From Eledone cirrhosa (lineage: Eukaryota): 64,000 bases of DNA. Positions within the stretch are counted from its first letter, which is position 1; each line of letters opens with the position of its first letter. Where the stretch lies: the NCBI GenBank assembly GCA_964016885.1, contig OZ024750.1:24738001-24802000 (forward strand), in the 5' to 3' direction. Positions 52,701-64,000 of this stretch are shown here, in pieces. The notes beneath the pieces are model-generated. The model saw only the letters and a list, made by a program, of their open reading frames with translations, was not told the origin of the DNA and did no database searches. Position numbers and translations under genes: made by a program.

Positions 52701-53100
52701 AGAAAGACTTTTATTGCAACAATGGAGTCTATTCTCTTGTATTGATCAGAAACATGGAACAATAAAAGAACTAGAATATACAAGAATGTTGTGCATGGTA
52801 CTTAATGTTTCATGGAAACAGAAACTACAGAAACTGACCAACAGGGAATTGTATCAGCAGCTTCGACCAATAATAGAAAATATAAGACAAAGGAGAATGA
52901 AACTTGCAAGTCAGTGTGTTTGTTACCATGAAGAGATAGCAAACTATCTTGCTCTGTGGGAACCATCAGATGGAGACACAAACAGAAGTAGAAGGAAAAT
53001 AAATTATATTGATAACCTGCTGGAAGGTATCAGCGTGGATAGCATCTAGGAGCTCAGGATGTTAATGATGGATAGAGAGCTTTGGAAAGCTTTGGAGGGC
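52701..53100 (+). pseudogene. RTE/RTE-X LINE C-terminal fragment
   Basis: RLFIATMESILLY*SETW, then YTRMLCMVLNVSWKQK..NIRQRRMKLA..LALWEP..YIDNL..LMMDRELWK. Confidence 0.85.
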
Positions 53101-53743
53101 ATGTGTAAAGACAGATGGGCAATCTGGCAGCTGGTATAGATAGGTAGATGTAATGTAGAAGGATAATTGTCTTGTCCAAAATGCTCAGTGTGCAACACTG
53201 GTATCTTGGACAAGTTACTATAGCTTTAGACCACAAGTTCTCAAAGGGGCCGCTACCATCCCCCAAAGGGCGTTGAGACGGTTCAGGGGTGGTGGGCGGG
53301 GCATAGAGATGATATAATAGTATATTAAATATCAAATGATATATATTATACATAAATATAGTAAAATAAGAAATATATAATATTTATTTATGCATAGTAG
53401 ATATTATATTATTTATTATATATAAATGAACAATATTATTTACTATATATTATTTACAATTTGCGTGTAGGCAGGTCTCTCTGGAAATAGGATTGGAGGC
53501 CACTGAGGATATTACATGGCTCAGAGGGGAGGTGGCCCAAAAAACCTCTGCCTTAGACCAACTAATGCTTTGTTGGTGAATTTGGTAGGCAGTGGAGTAA
53601 GTCCACTGTATGTGTTCATTTGTGTGTGTGTATATCAGTCACTGTATGTTGGCATACTGACGCAGTCTTAAAACAAAAATCAGCAAGCTATATGTCCCAC
53701 AGCTTCCCATTTTGACAAAGTCAGTGATATATATAATACTTAA

Positions 53744-53947
53744 CTCTTTAACATTTACATTACTCTATATATACTATTGTAAGGCCCATAATTGTTTCAC
53801 ATAATATCGAATCTATGAGATTTTGATATTATCTATTTTGAGAACAATAATACCTTAACTTCAGTATGAATGGCCAGTTACAACTGGTTTGAACAGAAAG
53901 AGGTGAGAGAATTCTGGCCGGGTACGGCCAGTTTAAATGCTAAAGGG
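53744..53947. mobile_element. piggyBac-type MITE
   Basis: TTAA|ctctttaacattta...taaatgctaaaggg|TTAA. Confidence 0.85.
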
Positions 53948-54249
53948 TTAAAAATAATAAAGTATGCATTTGTATAAGAAAGATATTTAGCCATAGAAAA
54001 ACTGACCCCAAATTAACTTGTCCAACCCATGCCAGCATCGAAAAAAGCAAGCTTAAGAATAATAATGAAAACAAGAACAGATGAGAAAATTTTGCAAATA
54101 TAATTTCTGACAATCCAATTTACACCTTCAGCTTTGCTACAACTTTCAACAAATCACTGTGATTTCTTATCTAATTGTTCCAGATAGATGTTCTGAATAT
54201 TAATGAGAAATATCTGCAAGAGAAATGTGTTTGCCAAAAATACACATGG

Positions 54250-57200
54250 ATATAGTCTTCAGTGCTGGACTGACCGTTATATATGTGAACTCTATATAGT
54301 ATTTAGTGCTGGACTGTATATAGTCTTGACCACCAGCTATATATGTGGACCATATATAGTCTTTGCCATCAGTTATATATGTGGACTGTATGTAGTTTTC
54401 ACTGCTTGACCAACAGCTATACATGTGGACTGTATATAGTCTTAAGTGCTGGACTGACAGCTATATATGTGGACTGTATGTAGTCTTCACTGCTTGACCA
54501 ACAGCTATACATGTGGACTGTATATAGTCTTAAGTGCTGGACTGACAGCTATACATGTGGACTGTATATAGTCTTAAGTGCTGGACTGACAGCTATACAT
54601 GTGGACTGTATATAGTCTTAAGTGCTGGACTGATTTATATATGTGGACTGTATGTAGTCTTCACTGCTTGACCAACAGCTATACATGTGGACTGTATATA
54701 GTCTTAAGTGCTGGACTGACAGCTATATATGTGGACTGTATGTAGTCTTCACTGCTTGACCAACAGCTATACATGTGGACTGTATATAGTCTTAAGTGCT
54801 GGACTGATTTATATATGTGGACTGTATGTAGTCTTCACTGCTTGACCAACAGCTATACATGTGGACTGTATATAGTCTTAAGTGCTGGACTGACAGCTAT
54901 ACATGTGGACTGTATATAGTCTTAAGTGCTGGACTGGCAATTATATATGTGGACTGTATGTAGTCTTCACTGCTTGACCAACAGCTATACATGTGGACTG
55001 TATATAGTCTTAAGTGCTGGACTGACAGCTATATATGTGGACTGTATGTAGTCTTCACTGCTTGACCAACAGCTATACATGTGGACTGTATATAGTCTTA
55101 AGTGCTGGACTGACAGCTATACATGTGGACTGTATGTAGTCTTCACTGCTTGACCAACAGCTATACATGTGGACTGTATATAGTCTTAAGTGCTGGACTG
55201 GCAATTATATATGTGGACTGTATGTAGTCTTCACTGCTTGACCAACAGCTATACATGTGGACTGTATATAGTCTTAAGTGCTGGACTGACAGCTATACAT
55301 GTGGACTGTATATAGTCTTAAGTGCTGGACTGGCAATTATATATGTGGACTGTATGTAGTCTTCACTGCTTGACCAACAGCTATACATGTGGACTGTATA
55401 TAGTCTTAAGTGCTGGACTGACAGCTATACATGTGGACTGTATATAGTCTTAAGTGCTGGACTGGCAATTATATATGTGGACTGTATGTAGTCTTCACTG
55501 CTTGACCAACAGCTATACATGTGGACTGTATATAGTCTTAAGTGCTGGACTGACAGCTATACATGTGGACTGTATGTAGTCTTCACTGCTTGACCAACAG
55601 CTATACATGTGGACTGTATATAGTCTTAAGTGCTGGACTGGCAATTATATATGTGGACTGTATGTAGTCTTCACTGCTTGACCAACAGCTATACATGTGG
55701 ACTGTATATAGTCTTAAGTGCTGGACTGACAGCTATACATGTGGACTGTATATAGTCTTAAGTGCTGGACTGGCAATTATATATGTGGACTGTATGTAGT
55801 CTTCACTGCTTGACCAACAGCTATACATGTGGACTGTATATAGTCTTAAGTGCTGGACTGACAGCTATACATGTGGACTGTATATAGTCTTAAGTGCTGG
55901 ACTGGCAATTATATATGTGGACTGTATGTAGTCTTCACTGCTTGACCAACAGCTATACATGTGGACTGTATATAGTCTTAAGTGCTGGACTGACAGCTAT
56001 ACATGTGGACTGTATATAGTCTTAAGTGCTGGACTGGCAATTATATATGTGGACTGTATGTAGTCTTCACTGCTTGACCAACAGCTATACATGTGGACTG
56101 TATATAGTCTTAAGTGCTGGACTGATTTATATATGTGGACTGTATGTAGTCTTCACTGCTTGACCAACAGCTATACATGTGGACTGTATATAGTCTTAAG
56201 TGCTGGACTGGCAATTATATATGTGGACTGTATGTAGTCTTCACTGCTTGACCAACAGCTATACATGTGGACTGTATATAGTCTTAAGTGCTGGACTGAC
56301 AGCTATATATGTGGACTGTATGTAGTCTTCACTGCTTGACCAACAGCTATACATGTGGACTGTATATAGTCTTAAGTGCTGGACTGACAGCTATATATGT
56401 GGACTGTATGTAGTCTTCACTGCTTGACCAACAGCTATACATGTGGACTGTATATAGTCTTAAGTGCTGGACTGATTTATATATGTGGACTGTATGTAGT
56501 CTTCACTGCTTGACCAACAGCTATACATGTGGACTGTATATAGTCTTAAGTGCTGGACTGACAGCTATATATGTGGACTGTATGTAGTCTTCACTGCTTG
56601 ACCAACAGCTATACATGTGGACTGTATATAGTCTTAAGTGCTGGACTGGCAATTATATATGTGGACTGTATGTAGTCTTCACTGCTTGACCAACAGCTAT
56701 ACATGTGGACTGTATATAGTCTTAAGTGCTGGACTGGCAATTATATATGTGGACTGTATGTAGTCTTCACTGCTTGACCAACAGCTATACATGTGGACTG
56801 TATATAGTCTTAAGTGCTGGACTGATTTATATATGTGGACTGTATGTAGTCTTCACTGCTTGACCAACAGCTATACATGTGGACTGTATATAGTCTTAAG
56901 TGCTGGACTGGCAATTATATATGTGGACTGTATGTAGTCTTCACTGCTTGACCAACAGCTATACATGTGGACTGTATATAGTCTTAAGTGCTGGACTGAC
57001 AGCTATATATGTGGACTGTATGTAGTCTTCACTGCTTGACCAACAGCTATACATGTGGACTGTATATAGTCTTAAGTGCTGGACTGACAGCTATATATGT
57101 GGACTGTATGTAGTCTTCACTGCTTGACCAACAGCTATACATGTGGACTGTATATAGTCTTAAGTGCTGGACTGATTTATATATGTGGACTGTATGTAGT

Positions 57201-59442
57201 CTTCACTGCTTGACCAACAGCTATACATGTGGACTGTATATAGTCTTAAGTGCTGGACTGACAGCTATATATGTGGACTGTATGTAGTCTTCACTGCTTG
57301 ACCAACAGCTATACATGTGGACTGTATATAGTCTTAAGTGCTGGACTGGCAATTATATATGTGGACTGTATGTAGTCTTCACTGCTTGACCAACAGCTAT
57401 ACATGTGGACTGTATATAGTCTTAAGTGCTGGACTGGCAATTATATATGTGGACTGTATGTAGTCTTCACTGCTTGACCAACAGCTATACATGTGGACTG
57501 TATATAGTCTTAAGTGCTGGACTGATTTATATATGTGGACTGTATGTAGTCTTCACTGCTTGACCAACAGCTATACATGTGGACTGTATATAGTCTTAAG
57601 TGCTGGACTGGCAATTATATATGTGGACTGTATGTAGTCTTCACTGCTTGACCAACAGCTATACATGTGGACTGTATATAGTCTTAAGTGCTGGACTGAC
57701 AGCTATATATGTGGACTGTATGTAGTCTTCACTGCTTGACCAACAGCTATACATGTGGACTGTATATAGTCTTAAGTGCTGGACTGACAGCTATATATGT
57801 GGACTGTATGTAGTCTTCACTGCTTGACCAACAGCTATACATGTGGACTGTATATAGTCTTAAGTGCTGGACTGATTTATATATGTGGACTGTATGTAGT
57901 CTTCACTGCTTGACCAACAGCTATACATGTGGACTGTATATAGTCTTAAGTGCTGGACTGACAGCTATATATGTGGACTGTATGTAGTCTTCACTGCTTG
58001 ACCAACAGCTATACATGTGGACTGTATATAGTCTTAAGTGCTGGACTGATTTATATATGTGGACTGTATGTAGTCTTCACTGCTTGACCAACAGCTATAC
58101 ATGTGGACTGTATATAGTCTTAAGTGCTGGACTGATTTATATATGTGGACTGTATGTAGTCTTCACTGCTTGACCAACAGCTATACATGTGGACTGTATA
58201 TAGTCTTAAGTGCTGGACTGATTTATATATGTGGACTGTATGTAGTCTTCACTGCTTGACCAACAGCTATACATGTGGACTGTATATAGTCTTAAGTGCT
58301 GGACTGATTTATATATGTGGACTGTATGTAGTCTTCACTGCTTGACCAACAGCTATACATGTGGACTGTATATAGTCTTAAGTGCTGGACTGATTTATAT
58401 ATGTGGACTGTATGTAGTCTTCACTGCTTGACCAACAGCTATACATGTGGACTGTATATAGTCTTAAGTGCTGGACTGGCAATTATATATGTGGACTGTA
58501 TGTAGTCTTCACTGCTTGACCAACAGCTATACATGTGGACTGTATATAGTCTTAAGTGCTGGACTGGCAATTATATATGTGGACTGTATGTAGTCTTCAC
58601 TGCTTGACCAACAGCTATACATGTGGACTGTATATAGTCTTAAGTGCTGGACTGACAGCTATATATGTGGACTGTATGTAGTCTTCACTGCTTGACCAAC
58701 AGCTATACATGTGGACTGTATATAGTCTTAAGTGCTGGACTGATTTATATATGTGGACTGTATGTAGTCTTCACTGCTTGACCAACAGCTATACATGTGG
58801 ACTGTATATAGTCTTAAGTGCTGGACTGACAGCTATATATGTGGACTGTATGTAGTCTTCACTGCTTGACCAACAGCTATACATGTGGACTGTATATAGT
58901 CTTAAGTGCTGGACTGACAGCTATATATGTGGACTGTATGTAGTCTTAAGTGCTGGACTGATTTATATATGTGGACTGTATGTAGTCTTCACTGCTTGAC
59001 CAACAGCTATACATGTGGACTGTATATAGTCTTAAGTGCTGGACTGACAGCTATACATGTGGACTGTATATAGTCTTAAGTGCTGGACTGATTTATATAT
59101 GTGGACTGTATGTAGTCTTCACTGCTTGACCAACAGCTATACATGTGGACTGTATATAGTCTTAAGTGCTGGACTGACAGCTATATATGTGGACTGTATG
59201 TAGTCTTCACTGCTTGACCAACAGCTATACATGTGGACTGTATATAGTCTTAAGTGCTGGACTGATTTATATATGTGGACTGTATGTAGTCTTGAGTGCT
59301 GGACCACCAGCTATATGTATGAACTGTATATAGTCTTGACCATCAGTTATATATTTGGACTGCATATAGTTTTGACCATCAGCTATATATGTGGACTGTA
59401 TATTGTCTTGAGTGCTGGACTGGCAATTATATATGTGGACTG
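54250..59442. repeat. 5.2-kb satellite of 44-bp monomers organised as an 88-bp A/B dimer
   Basis: A gtggactgtatatagtcttaagtgctggactgacagctatatat; B gtggactgtatgtagtcttcactgcttgaccaacagctatacat; edges degenerate. Confidence 0.97.
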
Positions 59443-59904
59443 AATACATTTTCATCATTGATGAATTTATGATCAGCAACATAGGTTGTTGTTGCTATAA
59501 CATAATGTAAAGGACAATTTTCTTTTATGATATACACAATAGACTCCTAACTGTTCTTTGAAGTAATAATGCACATAGTTAATTAGAAGCAACAGTTAGA
59601 AAAATCAATCATATTTTTGTTATCATATATTCAGTGCTCTTATTATGACTTGCACTGTTTTTACCATCATTTCCCACATCATCATCATCATCATCATTAT
59701 CATTTTATATTTGACTTTCCATACTTGCATGGATATATTTTGCCATAACAAAGAGTATTTAAACTCTACTTCATTATTGAGTACTCGTTCTCACCTCCAT
59801 TAATAATTGGTTGTTCTTGATTAACCAGTTTGATGATTAGATCGGTTTAGTGTCAGGTCTATAGCATTTACATGGATCCCGAGCCTCTGAAATGGTGGTT
59901 ACCA

Positions 59905-60205
59905 TGTATAATCAATAAAGACCTTAAGGTCCTTGTATTTTGATAATTTTTATACTTTTTATAGGGCAATATTTGGGTCAAAAGGGATATCAATGTCTAT
60001 CAATGTGGATGTCGTTTTCTTTATATTTGCAATTCTTGATTATTGTGTCTGGTCAGTTTGCCTTGATTGGAAGGACATGTCCCAGATGATTGTGGCCAGA
60101 TTGTTGACATGTTTGTTACATGTTTATACCACACCTTATCTGTTTTCATCTTAAAGTGTCAGAATATTGCTCTGTGGATATAGCTGACAACTTCATCATA
60201 TCTGT
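59905..60205 (-). pseudogene. R4/Dong-like RLE endonuclease fragment
   Basis: RYDEVVSYIH..VWYKH..IIWD..PDTII..LIDIDIPFDPN..KLSKYKDL with stops and frameshifts (RHD..PD..D..K.Y..L pattern). Confidence 0.8.
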
Positions 60206-61047
60206 ATATATATATATATACTCAGACTTATCAAAGACTGGGCAACCAAAGATGGGTTTGATGGGTCTACATAAATCAAGTCAGTACTGAAGAGGAGCTA
60301 CTGACCTTCTAGATAGACCAGAAAACAAGAGACTTAAAAATAATTGTTTCTACGTTAGGCACAAGGCCAGCAATTACCCAGTGCATTACTGGTACTTTAT
60401 TTTATCGACCCCGTAAGGATGAAAGGCAAAGTTAACCTCGGCGGGATTTGAACTCAGAATGGCAAGGGCCGTAACTCTATACGTCAAAGCATGGCGTCCG
60501 ACCCTCTCCCAATACTGCCAATCCTTAAAAATAATTGTTTCTACTTTAGGCACAAGGCCAGCAATTACCCAGTGCATTACTGGTACTTTATTGCCAATCC
60601 TTAAAAATAATGACCTTTCTTCAGGTGTTAGTACAGGTATATAAACTCATATTAGAAAGGTCAATATTTTGATGTCTCTTGTTTTCTGGAGGAATGGTCA
60701 AATTTGGACCTTGAAACCTTGGGTAGCACTTTTGTTCCATGTATGGACATAAATAATATAATTTAATATTCCTGCTCTCTTCCCGATTGAGCACTGTTTT
60801 CCTTTTTCCTTTTCCCATTTACAGCTATTGCTACACACACACACACACACACATTGGGTTTGTGTCCCATGTACATCAATGCCCATCCTTTTTTTCCGTT
60901 CGGAGGGTTTTTTAAAATCCCGACTAATAGACTAATTTACTTAGTCAAAATATGGCATAAGCACTATTTACTAGCTATTTTTCAAATCTCCGCTGTTTAT
61001 ATACAAAGCCAAGCTTTGTATCATCTATATATCGATCTATCTATATC

Positions 61048-61079
<32 letters not shown>

Positions 61080-61350
61080 TCATCATCAACATCATCATCG
61101 ATTAACATCTATCTTCCATGCTAGGATGGGTTAGACGGGTTGGTCCCATTTAGAGGCAAGTTGGGTCATGTGGCCATGTCTTGCTCATATAGGAGTGTTT
61201 TGGGCTGGTTTTCTACATTGACAGTATGTGCTGGGTGCTTTTTGCCCTGTCTTTTACACGTCCATTTTACAGTGTAGGCTTGATGTTTTGTGGTACCAGC
61301 ATAATATATATATACATATATATATACATATACATATATATATATATATA

Positions 61351-61760
61351 TAAACGTTTAGAGTGAGAAGGCCAAAACAATGCAGATATGGATATAGAAT
61401 ATAAATACAAATGCAAAAGATATCGCTGACAATTAGTCTTTTACCTTAAATTTATTTGAATATCCTTAAGTTTCGAGATAATATCTCTTCTTCAGAGGGA
61501 AGTAAAGGGGTTAATCCAGTGTTCTAATTACCTTGCCAATTAGAACACTGGATTGACCCTTTTACTTCCCCCTGAAGAAGAGATATTATCTAGAAACTTA
61601 AGGATATTCAAATAAATTTAAGTTAAAAGACTAATTGTCAGCGATATCTTTTGCATTTGTATTTATATTCTATATCCATACCTGCATTGTTTTGGCCTTC
61701 TAACTCTAAACGTTTATACCTCACTACGCAATGCTTCAAGTAAACTACAATTTCCTTCAT
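61351..61760. mobile_element. ~365-bp palindrome carrying a degenerate HHR on each arm, in (TA)n; PLE pLTR-derived
   Basis: Arms 61351-61530 and 61538-61716; CTGAAGA a gagat-att-atct(c/a) GAAAC ttaa..ttaag; tail ends atttccttcat(at)n. Confidence 0.7.
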
Positions 61761-61867
61761 ATATATATATGTATATTTGCATGTATATTACATATGTATG
61801 TAATATACATATACACTTCATATATATACACACATATATATTCATATATATCTATCTATCTATCTAT

Positions 61868-62158
61868 CTAAGGCGGGTAAAATTCCCGAGATCCATGGAC
61901 GAGTTCTCTCCAGCGGTCTCTGTCCCTCATTATCGCTGCCATATCCTGCATCTCCAACAGACCAGTGTCTGTCCTTAGGGCATCAACATATGTTAACCTT
62001 GGTCTTCCTCTTCTAGTCAGCTCAAAAGTCAGCTCAAAAGTGACACAGAGGAGACTGAGGTTGGCTGGACATGCTCACCAACATCCAGAGTTGACATTGC
62101 ACTCAGTGCTCCTTTGGGAGCCCCTACATGGACACACTAGAAGAGGAAGACCAAGGTT

Positions 62159-62165
<7 letters not shown>
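61868..62165 (-). mobile_element. RTE-X LINE 3' end with twin-priming-like inversion
   Basis: Minus 61868-62017: TRRGRPRLTYVDALRTDTGL..MRDRDRWRELV..* plus (ATAG)n. Plus 62017-62165: KVTQRRLRLAGHAHQHPEL..LLWEPLHGHTRRGRPRLTY. Confidence 0.85.
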
Positions 62166-62204
<39 letters not shown>

Positions 62205-62639
62205 TGCCGAGGTTGACTTTGCCTTTCATCCTTACGGGGTCGATAAAATAAAGTACCAGTAATGCACTGGGTAATTGCTGGCCTTGTGCCTAAAGTAGAA
62301 ACAATTATTATGATAATGTTTAACATCTATTTTCCATACTTGTATATGTGTATATGTATATGTGTGTGTGTGTGTGTGTGTAAAAATAGAAGAAAATACA
62401 AATATTAATGATAGGAAGAGAGAAAATAATAATAGAAGGAGAATGAGAATGTTATTGTGTGTGTGTGTGTGTGTGTGTTATCGTGTGTGTGTGTGTGTGT
62501 GTGTGTGTGAAGAATTCTCCAATCCACACCTCAGTTTACTGGTGAGGAAGTTATCTCAGAATGTGCCAGCTGTTGATAGTGTTACTATGGCTGCTAGTAT
62601 TCCAGCTAATAATACTAATAGTGCTTCTAATACTACTAA

Positions 62640-63580
62640 TATGACTACTACTACTACTGTCATTGCCATTATCACCACCATTACTACCATACTATTACTG
62701 CCATTACCACCACCACCACCACTATTACCACCACCACCACCACTACCACTACTGCCATCACCACCACCACCACCACCACCACTGCTACTACTACTACCAC
62801 CACCATCACCACCACTACTACTACTACCACCACCATCACCACCACTACAACTACCACCACCATCACCATCACCACCACTACTACTACCACCACCATCACC
62901 ACCACCACTACTACTACCACCACCATCACCACCACTACTACTACCACCACCATCACCACCATCACCACCACTACTACTACCACCACCATCACCACCACCA
63001 CTACTACTACCACCACCATCACCACCACCACTACTACTACCACCACCATCACCACCACTACTACTACCACCACCATCACCACCATCACCACCACTACTAC
63101 TACCACCACCATCACCACCACCACTACTACTACCACCACCATCACCACCACCACTACTACTACCACCACCACCACCACCACTGCTACTACCACCACCATC
63201 ACCACCACTACTACTACCACCACCATCACCACCACTACTACTACCACCACCATCACCACCACTACTACTACCACCACCATCACCACCACTGCTACTACTA
63301 CTACCACCACCATCACCACCCCTACTACTACCACCACCATCACCACCACCATCACCACCACTACTACTACCACCACCACCACCACCACCCCTACTACTAC
63401 CACCACCATCACCACCACTACTACTATCACCACCACTACTACTACCACCACCATCACCACCACTACTACCACCACCACCATCACCACCACTACTACTACC
63501 ACCACCATCACCACCACCACTACTACTACCACAACCATCACCACCACTAATACTACCACCACCATCACCACCACTACTGC
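62640..63580. repeat. (CAC/TAC/CAT)n compound trinucleotide repeat
   Basis: Explains the poly-P, -G, -H and -V ORFs in several frames. Confidence 0.95.
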
Positions 63581-64000
63581 AACTGCAACAAAACAGCCAA
63601 TAATTTGAAGGGGAAGTGAAAATCAATTAAATTAATTCCAGTACTTTACTGGTATTTTTATTTTATCGACCACCTTGTAAGGGCAAAAGGCAAACCTCAG
63701 TGGGATTTGAACTCAGAACATAAAGGGCCATAACTATACTGTCTATCTTTTCACCACACCTGTTGTACCTGTCTTATCTGTCTATTACCATTTTCTACCA
63801 TTTCACCACACCTGTCTATTACTATTACTACTGTCTACCATTTCACACATCACCCCACTCCACACCCTTCTGCTCCAAGGAAATTATCACACATTATGGC
63901 TATCGTCCTTTTTGGTCAAGACATTTGTCAACTAATAGCAGTGGTAGAAAACACCCAATATACCCTGCAGAGGGATCAAATCCATAAACAATATAGAGTA

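Noticed and set aside
54170-54260. Host exon after ttgttccag (IDVLNINEKYLQEKCVCQKYTWI*)
   Set aside because: No recognisable domain or partner exons; needs RNA-seq evidence.
60920-60962. HHR-like ctaata-gactaa..ttagtc-aaaa
   Set aside because: Multiple core mismatches; only a simple hairpin is supported.
62362-63626. Proline-rich or glycine-rich protein gene
   Set aside because: Pure trinucleotide compound repeat, open on both strands, preceded by (GT)n.

Overview
AT-rich, repeat-dominated eukaryotic DNA. The SINE families resemble those of octopus or other cephalopods (inference). I found no convincing host protein-coding gene; almost all long ORFs in the track are micro- or minisatellite artefacts. 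The only largely intact coding region is the 3' part of a Penelope-like retroelement (PLE) at the window start: RT thumb, CxCx5Cx5C linker and GIY-YIG endonuclease (Naiad-type), with a 5' fold-back inversion. Its 3' pseudo-LTR carries a complete type I hammerhead ribozyme (HHR) with a compensated U3-A8 core (UUGAGAA). Short fold-back copies of this pLTR tail sit in (TA)n tracts at ~2.7, 14, 25.8 and 35.5 kb, and a diverged relative with a covarying stem III lies at 24.6 kb. At least six further unrelated HHR motifs occur in small (TA)n-associated, often palindromic elements (23.5, 24.9, 35.7, 35.9, 36.8, 37.0 kb), with partial or degenerate ones at 25.2, 45.2, 45.6 and 61.5 kb. The rest comprises tRNA-derived SINEs, piggyBac-type MITEs, decayed LINE 3' ends (RTE, R4/Dong-like, CRE-like, Ingi/Vingi-like; two with twin-priming-like inversions), many minisatellites (several born from SINE or LINE pieces) and a 200-N gap. 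Coordinates were read by eye and may be off by a few bases.
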